Translations under genes and position numbers: made by a program | Notes under the pieces: generated by a model | What the model was told of the DNA's origin: nothing | The model's input: the letters and a program-made list of their open reading frames with translations, nothing else | Database searches by the model: none | Shown: positions 1 through 8,063 of the stretch, one piece after another | How the letters are laid out: every line of letters starts with the position of its first letter | Position numbering within the stretch: the first letter of the stretch is position 1 | IMG/VR virus record: IMGVR_UViG_3300042879_003566 | Coordinates: 16,458-80,457 of that record | DNA from: a virus | DNA length: 64,000 nucleotides | Reading direction: 5' to 3' (one strand)

Positions 1-342
1 CATATCTTCGATGTGTGTGGCGCCATCCATCGCATCTGTACAGACGGTGAGTACAACACGATTTACAACGTGGGTACCGGCATTGAAACACGTCTGCTTG
101 ATTGCGTGTATAAGGCAAAACAAATCCTGAAATCTACGTCAGAAATTTATCTGACTGAAACACCGCCCGATTATCCGCAAGCTGTACGATTTAGCCTAGA
201 CTGCACCAAGCTTTACGACCTGGGCTTTACACCCAGCATCTCTCTAGAGGAAGGACTTCAAGACCTATGTTTAAGTCAAAGGTTATGTACTCCGGACCGT
301 ACTTTGACGGACAAGAAATTGAAGCAGCAGTCAAGGCCCTGA
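1..342 (+). CDS. NAD-dependent epimerase/dehydratase (extended SDR), C-terminal part, truncated by the window start
   Basis: Frame is open from base 1: HIFDVCGAI...YNVGTG...LDCTKLYDLGFTPSISLEEGL, a typical extended-SDR C-terminus. Lies next to rfb genes. Confidence 0.8.
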   Translation, partial: HIFDVCGAIHRICTDGEYNTIYNVGTGIETRLLDCVYKAKQILKSTSEIYLTETPPDYPQAVRFSLDCTKLYDLGFTPSISLEEGLQDLCLSQRLCTPDRTLTDKKLKQQSRP

Positions 343-1484
343 GGGAAGGAAGCTGGTACCCGGCTGGAGAAGAGGTTGACAAATTTGAAAAACAATTTTC
401 CAAACGTTTTAATTTCACTTCATCTTTGATGGTGAATAGCGGCAGTTCCGCCAACCTGGTGATGATTGCCGCCTTAAAAAAATATTTTGATTGGCCGGAT
501 GGCGCCGAGATTATCGTCAGCGTTGTCGGCTTCCCCACCACCGTCAACCCCATCATCCAAAATGGTTTAGTCCCCAGGTTCGTTGATATCACCTGGCACG
601 ACTTGAATTGGAGTCTGCAACAAGTCAAGGAGGCAATCAATGAGAACACCGTTGCCGTTTTTAGTAGTCCTGTATTGGGCAATCCTTATGACCTTGACCA
701 CCTCCTTGATCTCTGCGAACAACATTCACTGAGGTACATCGCGGACAACTGCGACTCCCTTGGGTCCAAATGGAAAGGCGAGTACCTGACGGAGTATGCC
801 GTTGCTGCATCGTCGTCTTTCTATCCGGCGCACCACATCACCACATTGGAAGGTGGGATGGTGTCATCCAAGATTCCTGAGATTGTGCATCTTGCCCGTC
901 AGTTTGCATGGTGGGGACGCGACTGTTATTGCGTCGGCTCATGCAACCAGTTGATCAACGGTAGTTGCGGCAAGCGTTTTGATCAATGGCTGGAAGGGTA
1001 CGACGGTGTGGTCGACCACAAGTATGTGTTCAGCCAAATTGGGTACAACTTAAAACCGATTGACTTGCAGGGTGCTATCGGCCAGGTGCAACTGACCAAA
1101 TTCGACGAGATCCACGAGAAGCGCAGGGCAAATTACGAACGCACCAAGCAACTCCTTAGCAAGTTGGACAAGGACTTGCGTGTCGTGGAGGAAGAACCAA
1201 TGGCCGAAACCTCTTGGTTCGGTGTGCCAATCGTCTGCTTTGACAAGACATTCAAGCGGGAGCTCCAGCTGTACCTAGAAGCCAATGGCATCCAAACGCG
1301 CAACTATTTTGCCGGCAATCTTCTGTTGCATCCCGCCTACAAACACCTGGGCGATGCCAAAGATTATCCCAATGGTTATGACGTTTTAAGTCGTGTGTTC
1401 TTTATGAGCACTGCACCGATACTCACTGATGAAAACTTTGAGTATATTGACGAAATAATCTCCAGCTTTGGCGCGGCATACTGA
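267..1484 (+). CDS. rfbH: CDP-4-keto-6-deoxyglucose 3-dehydratase (E1, RfbH/DdhC), DegT/DnrJ family
   Basis: VNSGSSANL; DNCDSLGS; SFYPAHHITTLEGG with His in place of the Schiff-base Lys; Cys cluster WGRDCYC..SC...SCGKRF typical of E1; IGYNLKP. Confidence 0.88.
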   Translation: MFKSKVMYSGPYFDGQEIEAAVKALREGSWYPAGEEVDKFEKQFSKRFNFTSSLMVNSGSSANLVMIAALKKYFDWPDGAEIIVSVVGFPTTVNPIIQNGLVPRFVDITWHDLNWSLQQVKEAINENTVAVFSSPVLGNPYDLDHLLDLCEQHSLRYIADNCDSLGSKWKGEYLTEYAVAASSSFYPAHHITTLEGGMVSSKIPEIVHLARQFAWWGRDCYCVGSCNQLINGSCGKRFDQWLEGYDGVVDHKYVFSQIGYNLKPIDLQGAIGQVQLTKFDEIHEKRRANYERTKQLLSKLDKDLRVVEEEPMAETSWFGVPIVCFDKTFKRELQLYLEANGIQTRNYFAGNLLLHPAYKHLGDAKDYPNGYDVLSRVFFMSTAPILTDENFEYIDEIISSFGAAY

Positions 1485-2029
1485 TGGAAGTTAAACCGCT
1501 TGCGATACCGGAAGTCAAGTTGATTTCCTTAGATGCATTCCCGGATGATCGCGGTTCTTTTACTGTGCATTGGCACGAAGAAGAATTTAAGGAAGCAGTA
1601 GACGGCCATGTCTTCCGTCAGGATAGTTATGTGACCTCAGTGCCCCATGTGGTGCGTGGCTTGCATTATCAATTGCCACCCCACGCGCAAGGTAAGTTGG
1701 TTCGTTGTTTATCTGGTAGCATCCAAGATGTAGCCGTAGACATTCGGATGTCTTCCCCTACCTTTGGTATGTGGGTTGACGTGCACCTCTACGCGCACAA
1801 CAACGAAGCCCTGTGGATCCCCCCTGGGTTTGCACATGGGTATGCCTCCTTATCAGAAGGTGCAACAGTCTTCTACAAAATCACGGAAGTTTATACACCA
1901 AGCCACGAGCACAGCTTGTTGTGGAACGATCCATACATTGACATCTTGTGGAATGTACCAAGAAACCCTATTGTTTCTGAAAAGGATTCCAAAGGGAAAG
2001 GACTTACAGAAGCCCAGTTATTTGAATAA
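1484..2029 (+). CDS. rfbC: dTDP-4-dehydrorhamnose 3,5-epimerase
   Basis: DDRGSF, VRGLHYQ, QGKLVRC, DVAVDIR..SPTFG.W, LWIPPGFAHG, WNDP. Confidence 0.95.
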   Translation: MEVKPLAIPEVKLISLDAFPDDRGSFTVHWHEEEFKEAVDGHVFRQDSYVTSVPHVVRGLHYQLPPHAQGKLVRCLSGSIQDVAVDIRMSSPTFGMWVDVHLYAHNNEALWIPPGFAHGYASLSEGATVFYKITEVYTPSHEHSLLWNDPYIDILWNVPRNPIVSEKDSKGKGLTEAQLFE

Positions 2030-3003
2030 TGGAAAACATTTTAGTTACCGGTGGCGCCGGGTTTATTGGTAGGCATCTCATTGCCCATCTCCTTGAGACG
2101 CCTGATGTTCGCGTCATTAACTTCGACAAGCTGGGCTATGCCAGTAACGCAGCTCCCATTATGGGAGCCCGTCATGTGAACACCCATTATGAATTAATGG
2201 TCGGGGATCTTCTTGATGAAGAATTCCTGAATTGGGTGGTAGAAGAAAATCAACCCACCAAGATTTACCACCTGGCTGCCGAGAGCCACGTCGATAACTC
2301 GATTGCTTCTCCGCGTGAGTTCATCCAAAGCAATGTGGTGGGCACCTTTAATTTGCTGGAAGCATGCCGCAGCAAGCTAAAGGATTCTTTTAAGTTCTTG
2401 CATGTCAGCACCGATGAAGTGTATGGGAGCTTGCATCCCGACAGCACCGACACTTATTTCGTGGAGACATCGCGCTACAACCCGAGGTCCCCGTACTCTG
2501 CCAGTAAAGCTGGGAGTGACCACCTGGTGATGGCATGGCACAACACTTACAACTTCCCTGCCGTCATTACGAACTGCAGCAATAACTATGGGCCAGGCCA
2601 GTATCCCGAGAAGTTAATCCCGATGACAATCACCCGTGCATTGGCGGGCAAACCAATCACGATCCACGGTGAAGGGAAGAACATTCGCGATTGGCTCCAC
2701 GTCAAGGATCACGTCAAGGCCTTGGCGCTTGTGATGGAAGAAGGTGCGTTGGGCCAGCAGTATTGCATTGGCGGCTTTGGTGAGCGGACCAATGTTGAGG
2801 TCGTGGAGATGATCTGCGAACTCCTGGATGAACTGAAGCCCATCTACTGCCCATACTCCGATTACATTACGCACGTCAAAGACCGTCCCGGTAATGATCT
2901 GCGGTATGCGATTGACCCACGCAAGATTCAAGAACTTGGCTGGCGTCCTGATTATGAATTTGAAGATGGCCTACGAGAAACAATTCTTACGTACTTGTCT
3001 TAA
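2029..3003 (+). CDS. rfbB: dTDP-glucose 4,6-dehydratase
   Basis: ILVTGGAGFIG, HLAAESHVDNSI, HVSTDEVYG, PYSASKA, NCSNNYGP, RDWLHV, DRPGNDLRYA. Confidence 0.96.
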   Translation: MENILVTGGAGFIGRHLIAHLLETPDVRVINFDKLGYASNAAPIMGARHVNTHYELMVGDLLDEEFLNWVVEENQPTKIYHLAAESHVDNSIASPREFIQSNVVGTFNLLEACRSKLKDSFKFLHVSTDEVYGSLHPDSTDTYFVETSRYNPRSPYSASKAGSDHLVMAWHNTYNFPAVITNCSNNYGPGQYPEKLIPMTITRALAGKPITIHGEGKNIRDWLHVKDHVKALALVMEEGALGQQYCIGGFGERTNVEVVEMICELLDELKPIYCPYSDYITHVKDRPGNDLRYAIDPRKIQELGWRPDYEFEDGLRETILTYLS

Positions 3004-3196
3004 GTACGGTTAACTTAACTGCTAGTATTGGGTATACCACATTGTCGCCCCATGGAAAAGTTGCAAAAATATGATGAGGTTATGAGAGAGGGCGCACAGT
3101 TCCTCGACAACCATAACCAGCTCTTACAAAGTTTACTTATCTCAAGGCACAATGCTGGTAACAATACCCCTACTCAGGACACCCCGGGAATCGGAA

Positions 3197-3403
3197 ATGA
3201 GTCTGTCGAACCAGGTTAAGCAATCGGTCAACGAAGCAGCCGGTGTGCTGCGAGAAGCGTTGGCCTTTGCTGCACGCACCGAACATCCTGTGGTGATTAG
3301 CAGCATCACCGATATCCTGGTCCGACTGGAATCCCTGGAGCAGATGGAAGAAATTATGGAGAAGTTCGGCAAGAACCATAACTTGCCCACGTCCCTTGGC
3401 TGA
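3197..3403 (+). CDS. hypothetical phage protein
   Basis: ORF 3152..3403; the likely start is the ATG of MSLSNQV. Confidence 0.55.
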   Translation: MSLSNQVKQSVNEAAGVLREALAFAARTEHPVVISSITDILVRLESLEQMEEIMEKFGKNHNLPTSLG

Positions 3404-3565
3404 ACGTTACTCGGAAGAGCAACGACTTCAGGATTTTTTCTGGAAGCTGGAAAGCTTGATTCCTAATCCACCGAAAGACTGGCAGAAACTAGCCAAGCCC
3501 TGCAAGTGGAAAAAGATTCTTGAAGACAAAGAAAAAGGTAAGAAGGAATAATGGTATCTTTACCT

Positions 3566-3679
3566 CGGAGCAATTTCGCTCTGGGACCAATAGTCGAAAG
3601 TCCCTCCACTTTACGAACGTAGAGCTCGAAAGGGCAAGAAAGGAAGCTATGATCCCGGTATAAAAGCCGGGATTTTTTT
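3566..3679 (+). ncRNA. putative structured RNA or leader ending in an intrinsic terminator
   Basis: Four consecutive hairpins, one with a GAAA tetraloop, followed by atcccgg/ccgggat plus a T run. Confidence 0.45.
3652..3679 (+). terminator. intrinsic terminator
   Basis: atcccgg-tataaaag-ccgggat followed by tttttt. Confidence 0.8.
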
Positions 3680-4351
3680 ATGACGACACTTGTTGCCAAC
3701 GTACCGCCCGTCAAGGTGTGGGTCAGACGGGAATACTTGCGTGACCTACGCGACGGCCATGGTGAATACACACCTGGTTATTGGGTGACCTGTAAATCAT
3801 TGACGGGTCGTGCCCTGTATTTCGAGACGTACCTTACTGAGTATGGCGCCCTATACGACAAGTTACCGATCAGTGCATTCCTAGCATGGGACTCAGATCA
3901 TCCCGACAAACCACAACCACCAACACCTGATCTTGAGCTGACTGACCTGCAGTTTTGGAATGGGTTTGACACTGGGCTTACGGTCATTGAAAAGAACCTG
4001 ATCTACAACATGGAGTTTCAGGTGATGACGCGTAGTGCAGGCGTCATGAAAGGCGAGTATCTTTTTACAATTGATAACTATCACCCCCACCGCAATGAAC
4101 CCGATTTTTACTTTGCTGAATTCCCTGATGAGCACAAGTCTCACAACATTGTGGCCTTGGATAACGGCCAAATCGGCGCTTATCCCAACAATCGTTGTCG
4201 CATGTGCGACCCATCGTTAACGCACCACAACCTCAAGACCCCAGACTTTAAGGTGTCGACGCGGTACTTTGATGTTGAACATGCACCGAAGTGGGGCAGG
4301 CTGGGTGAAACAGATGATTACTTCTGGAAAACACCCAACGAAACCCTATAA
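3680..4351 (+). CDS. conserved cyanophage-type hypothetical protein
   Basis: 223-aa ORF. ANVPPVKVWVRREYL...YGALYDKLPISAF resembles a protein common in aquatic phages (from recall). Confidence 0.75.
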   Translation: MTTLVANVPPVKVWVRREYLRDLRDGHGEYTPGYWVTCKSLTGRALYFETYLTEYGALYDKLPISAFLAWDSDHPDKPQPPTPDLELTDLQFWNGFDTGLTVIEKNLIYNMEFQVMTRSAGVMKGEYLFTIDNYHPHRNEPDFYFAEFPDEHKSHNIVALDNGQIGAYPNNRCRMCDPSLTHHNLKTPDFKVSTRYFDVEHAPKWGRLGETDDYFWKTPNETL

Positions 4352-4359
4352 TTTACGAA

Positions 4360-4478
4360 AGGGTACAACAAGGAACGTTGTATTAAATGAAGAGTCCCTT
4401 AAGCTGCAGCGTAAATTAGCGAAACTTGCTTCAGCATAAGTCGCCTAGTCGCTAATCGTAGGCAGATACTCTCGCCCT
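4360..4478 (+). ncRNA. putative multibranch RNA with kissing loops, directly upstream of tRNA-Thr
   Basis: Nested stems; loop sequences ATTAGCGA (4415-4422) and TCGCTAAT (4449-4456) are exact complements; TATAAT at 4347-4352. Confidence 0.6.
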
Positions 4479-4482
4479 ACTC

Positions 4483-4554
4483 GCTGGATTAGCTCAGTGG
4501 TAGAGCAATGGTTTTGTAAACCATTGGCCATCGGTTCAAATCCGATATCCAGCT
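4483..4554 (+). tRNA. trnT: tRNA-Thr(UGU)
   Basis: Acceptor GCTGGAT/ATCCAGC; D arm TAGCTCAGTGGTAGAGC; anticodon arm ATGGT-TTTGTAA-ACCAT; T loop GGTTCAAATCC. CCA not encoded. Confidence 0.95.
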
Positions 4555-4598
4555 TTGCAAAAGTTAGTTATAGTTATCGCAGTGACTTGTTGGCATTA

Positions 4599-4847
4599 GT
4601 GCCAAGTTCCAAGCCAAAGCTTCAAGAGAACCGAAACAAGTTCTTGGAGTACAAAAAGACTTTGTCCTGCAATAACTGTGGGATAGATGACCATCGCGTC
4701 CTGGAATTCCATCATGTTGGAGACAAGGACCATACGATCTCAAAGATGGTGAACCACGGCTACAGCTGGGAGCGGATAGAAGAAGAGATGCGTAAATGCA
4801 TTCCGCTGTGCTGCAACTGCCATCGGCTTGAGCACTGGAGTGCCTGA
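4599..4847 (+). CDS. small HNH endonuclease
   Basis: CNNCG...LEFHH...KCIPLCCNCHRLEH. GTG start chosen downstream of the tRNA. Confidence 0.85.
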   Translation: MPSSKPKLQENRNKFLEYKKTLSCNNCGIDDHRVLEFHHVGDKDHTISKMVNHGYSWERIEEEMRKCIPLCCNCHRLEHWSA

Positions 4848-4961
4848 TTACTTTTTCTTGCCGCCGTTTTTAGCTTTACGCGCAGTTGCATTACCGGAGT
4901 TCTGCTTAGCGTTTTGCTTTGCAGCGGCCGTCTTTTTCTTTTTGTTTTTAGATTTAGCCAT
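4848..4961 (-). CDS. 37-aa Lys-rich basic protein (not in ORF track)
   Basis: MAKSKNKKKKTAAAKQNAKQNSGNATARKAKNGGKKK; its start overlaps the Dps stop. Confidence 0.6.
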   Translation of the reverse strand: MAKSKNKKKKTAAAKQNAKQNSGNATARKAKNGGKKK

Positions 4962-5505
4962 TTCTCAGTGTGGCTTTGATTTGCCAAGCGGCCTTAAATG
5001 CCTGACCAGTTAAGTCAGCAAGATAGTTTTGAATATCGATGGCACCCACCTTGGCGGCAATCGGCTCCAGTTTCTTGCACTTCATGCCCAGCTCCTCAAG
5101 GTTCTTGTAGTACACAGCGAGCATTTCCGTGCCCTTGTAGCTGGTAACTTTTTGGATACCGGGTGAGGCATCGGCAAGACCCATGCCACAAAGAGGCATC
5201 AGATAATCCATAGATCTGATGAACTCAGCCAACGTATCGAACTGTTCCAGATGAGCTTCGTATTGGTCTTTAAGGAATGCATGCACCCCGAGGAAGTTAG
5301 ACCCCTCGTAGTTCAAGTGAATGAGATGGGATTGTGTCTCAAGTTCCTTGAGGTAGGAAGTGAGGGAAATGCACTGCTGGATGAAGGACCCGACATCACC
5401 ATTCTTTGATTTACCAGGAGCCTTGGGCTTGTCCTGGGGCTGAGGAACCGCTTGCGTTGAAGCGGGTTGAGCTTGCTGGGGTTGACCAGGACCGGGAGTA
5501 TACAT
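4954..5505 (-). CDS. dps: Dps / ferritin-like DNA-binding protein
   Basis: HLIHLNYEGSNFLGVHAFLKDQY...DTLAEFIR matches the Dps ferroxidase pattern H..G..F..H...D..AE. Confidence 0.75.
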   Translation of the reverse strand: MYTPGPGQPQQAQPASTQAVPQPQDKPKAPGKSKNGDVGSFIQQCISLTSYLKELETQSHLIHLNYEGSNFLGVHAFLKDQYEAHLEQFDTLAEFIRSMDYLMPLCGMGLADASPGIQKVTSYKGTEMLAVYYKNLEELGMKCKKLEPIAAKVGAIDIQNYLADLTGQAFKAAWQIKATLRNG

Positions 5506-5531
5506 GGCGTTAAATCAGTATTTTCAGTTTA

Positions 5532-6851
5532 TCAGCGGCTAACTTCTTCCCAATCCATCGTAGCTAGCACCTGAGCGTTGTTGTCTTCGCTGCTACAGAC
5601 CAGCGTTAGTTCATATGCTGTACCAGTAAAGGTATCACGCTCCAGCTGGAACTTAAACAAAGCTTCTTTTAAGATGTTAACCACAGCTGACCCTTGGTTT
5701 GAACCATTGGTAAAGCCACTGGCAAGAACCCGACCCACTCCCAAGGTGAAAGATGTGCCATTAAGCTTGTACTCAACCGATGAGTCTGCCCCCAAGTCAG
5801 ACCAGGAACCACCTCCGGTCGTTCCATTAAGAACAACTTCCCAGTTATAACTAGCGTTATTCGTAATACCCATGATTGATAACGCCGTCAGGATAATGAT
5901 GGCATCCAATCGTGTTGACTTAAGGCGCAAGGAGATGACTGGATAAACAGTAGGTGCGGTTGTTAATGTATACGGCGTGTTAACTGGAATACCAACAGCG
6001 TTTTGAGCGCCCCGTAATTCGTATCCGCCTTCTGATATTGCAGTTGAACACACTTGTTTTAGTGTGCTGTTGCTTGCTGTAGTTCCAAGGTTTTCAATCT
6101 CATAACGCAACGGCAGCGATGCTGTCGTCATATATGTAGATGTAATTAAGTTGGCGTGATGGAATGAATGGCAATGCACCAGCTGACCGTTAATCACAAA
6201 CCCTGTGCGAACCGTGCCTAAACCAAGCCATTCGATATCAGTCCAATGGATCTGAGCTTTAGTAATGTCAAGGGTAAAGCCAGAGGGTCCATTGCCGTCC
6301 AACTTGTCAATGTTCCAGTCGGCCTGAGCAACACGGGTTTCCGCAACAGAGCCAGAAACTGAATTACGCTCCACAAATGACGGAGAGCTAGTACCGCTTA
6401 CCTCCACATAAATGCCATTAGCTGTTCCAAAATAACCAACCCGCTGCCGCAAGTTTGCTTGACCAGACGCCATGATAAATGTATTCATAATCTGCAGGCT
6501 TTTCCCTGGCTGATAAGAACACACTTTTGTTGTTTCTCTTAATACTTTTGCGCCTGATGCAGTCGTAACGTTTAGGTTGATTAAACCTTCTCCACTGCTA
6601 AATGCATAGGTACCACCAGTACCCGTGGACGTTGTCCACAGACCATTGTCGCGATAGCGGTGGCTGGAATCAAAGAGTGTTAGGGGGCTTGATGTACGCA
6701 ACCGCCCAAAAGCATCACCAGCTGTAGTCGCTGGTTGCATATAAACAGTATTGCCACTTGCCGTTGTAACTTCTAACGGTTGCCCACTGCAAGTCTGAAC
6801 TTTTACAACTTCGTACAGAATTGTTGCGCCGGATTCCCTATAGACAGGCAT
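5532..6851 (-). CDS. putative virion structural protein (beta-rich, Thr/Ser/Gly-rich)
   Basis: 439 aa; DAFGRLR.S.P.TLFDS and YQPGKS..WLG.G.VR.G motifs seen in phage structural proteins. Confidence 0.6.
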   Translation of the reverse strand: MPVYRESGATILYEVVKVQTCSGQPLEVTTASGNTVYMQPATTAGDAFGRLRTSSPLTLFDSSHRYRDNGLWTTSTGTGGTYAFSSGEGLINLNVTTASGAKVLRETTKVCSYQPGKSLQIMNTFIMASGQANLRQRVGYFGTANGIYVEVSGTSSPSFVERNSVSGSVAETRVAQADWNIDKLDGNGPSGFTLDITKAQIHWTDIEWLGLGTVRTGFVINGQLVHCHSFHHANLITSTYMTTASLPLRYEIENLGTTASNSTLKQVCSTAISEGGYELRGAQNAVGIPVNTPYTLTTAPTVYPVISLRLKSTRLDAIIILTALSIMGITNNASYNWEVVLNGTTGGGSWSDLGADSSVEYKLNGTSFTLGVGRVLASGFTNGSNQGSAVVNILKEALFKFQLERDTFTGTAYELTLVCSSEDNNAQVLATMDWEEVSR

Positions 6852-6866
6852 GGACTTAAGTCATAT

Positions 6867-7076
6867 TTATTTATTATCCCATCCCGCAACTAACCCACCG
6901 TAATCCCTTGGCTCCGTTACAGATACATTGTCTATACCACAAAGATCACAAGTATCCATGTGGTACGTGGAGTAGTAATGACTGGGGCCTTTGTAGTCAC
7001 CTTTCTCGTACCACTTGCCGTAAGTAACACCGCATGGATGACAGACCCACTTGGGATACGTCTTACGCTTTGCCAT
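6867..7076 (-). CDS. small Cys-containing hypothetical protein
   Basis: Two CxxC pairs (CHPC, CDLC); coupled to the upstream gene. Confidence 0.6.
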   Translation of the reverse strand: MAKRKTYPKWVCHPCGVTYGKWYEKGDYKGPSHYYSTYHMDTCDLCGIDNVSVTEPRDYGGLVAGWDNK

Positions 7077-7470
7077 TGCGCTTACCTTTGGCTGCGTCCA
7101 TTAAATCACGGGCGCGGTCATATTGTTTTGTGGCGTAATCCAACTGACATGCAACGGCATCTACAAAGCATTCGTACATTTCATCACCGGTCATCTCGTC
7201 AATGAACTCAGCAATAGTGTCAGCAAATCCGTCTGTTGCTTTTTGTTTAATGAACATGTCACTTTCTGCCAGGGGAATACGGTCGCCAATGAGTTCAGCA
7301 TAATGGCTACGCCAGTTCGGAAGCGTGTCCGTAGCATTGGAAGTGTCATGAAGTTGTTCACGGGAATCCTTGGTGACTAATGGCTCATCCATTTCTGCAA
7401 CGACGCGATGGTTTTTGTACCAATCTTGCCAAGCCTTAATGGTTTCTACTGGATCAGTTGAATCAGACAT
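7063..7470 (-). CDS. hypothetical protein
   Basis: ORF track 7063..7491; the likely start MSDSTDP follows the terminator. Confidence 0.6.
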   Translation of the reverse strand: MSDSTDPVETIKAWQDWYKNHRVVAEMDEPLVTKDSREQLHDTSNATDTLPNWRSHYAELIGDRIPLAESDMFIKQKATDGFADTIAEFIDEMTGDEMYECFVDAVACQLDYATKQYDRARDLMDAAKGKRNGKA

Positions 7471-7473
7471 AAT

Positions 7474-7506
7474 AAAAAAGGGGTTCGTCACTGAGTGACT
7501 TACCCC
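7474..7506 (-). terminator. intrinsic terminator
   Basis: Minus strand: GGGG-TAA-GTCAC-TCA-GTGAC-GAA-CCCC followed by a T run. Confidence 0.65.
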
Positions 7507-7532
7507 ACAAGTGTAATAAAAAATCAGTTAGA

Positions 7533-7814
7533 TCAAGCAGTGATCATAACTTTTTCCGGATTAACTTCCTGAAGTTGTCCTTCTTCATACAGACGAACAG
7601 CTTCCAACATCTCGAAGTAACGGTCACGCATCACAGGTCCAGCTTCATTGATACAGAAGTCTTGCCAGAGTCTTGTATAAAGACCGCGCATTGGGTGAGA
7701 AGGATCTTTTCTACCTGAACATTGATACATGTGTTCCATGAAGTCAGCTTTTTGCTGTTCTTTGGTGACACTCCAGCTATCAAGGACAGCTTGCCAATTA
7801 AATGCGTCAGTCAT
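7533..7814 (-). CDS. hypothetical protein
   Basis: Likely start MTDAFNW, overlapping the stop of the upstream gene. Confidence 0.55.
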   Translation of the reverse strand: MTDAFNWQAVLDSWSVTKEQQKADFMEHMYQCSGRKDPSHPMRGLYTRLWQDFCINEAGPVMRDRYFEMLEAVRLYEEGQLQEVNPEKVMITA

Positions 7815-8004
7815 TGAAACCAATTTGTGTAATGGAAGTAAAGACGCCTTTGACACTGGGACCGATCTCAAATAATAGGTCGTCCAGTTCGTCTTGCAAG
7901 GCTTCTGCAATTTCGTCGGCAGTTTTACCACCGAAGGAATTGTATTCAACCTCAAGATCAACCGCAAATGAAACGGTCAACTTGGGCACAGTGATTGGTT
8001 CCAT
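7807..8004 (-). CDS. small acidic hypothetical protein
   Basis: 65-aa ORF within the same-strand gene run. Confidence 0.6.
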   Translation of the reverse strand: MEPITVPKLTVSFAVDLEVEYNSFGGKTADEIAEALQDELDDLLFEIGPSVKGVFTSITQIGFND

Positions 8005-8063
8005 TCCTGAATGAAAGGGTTCAATTACTGTAGCAGCAAATTAAAAACAATTAGTGAGTAGGA

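Noticed and set aside
4497-4598. N-terminal extension of the HNH ORF in the ORF track
   Set aside because: It runs through tRNA-Thr; the GTG at 4599 is the more plausible start.
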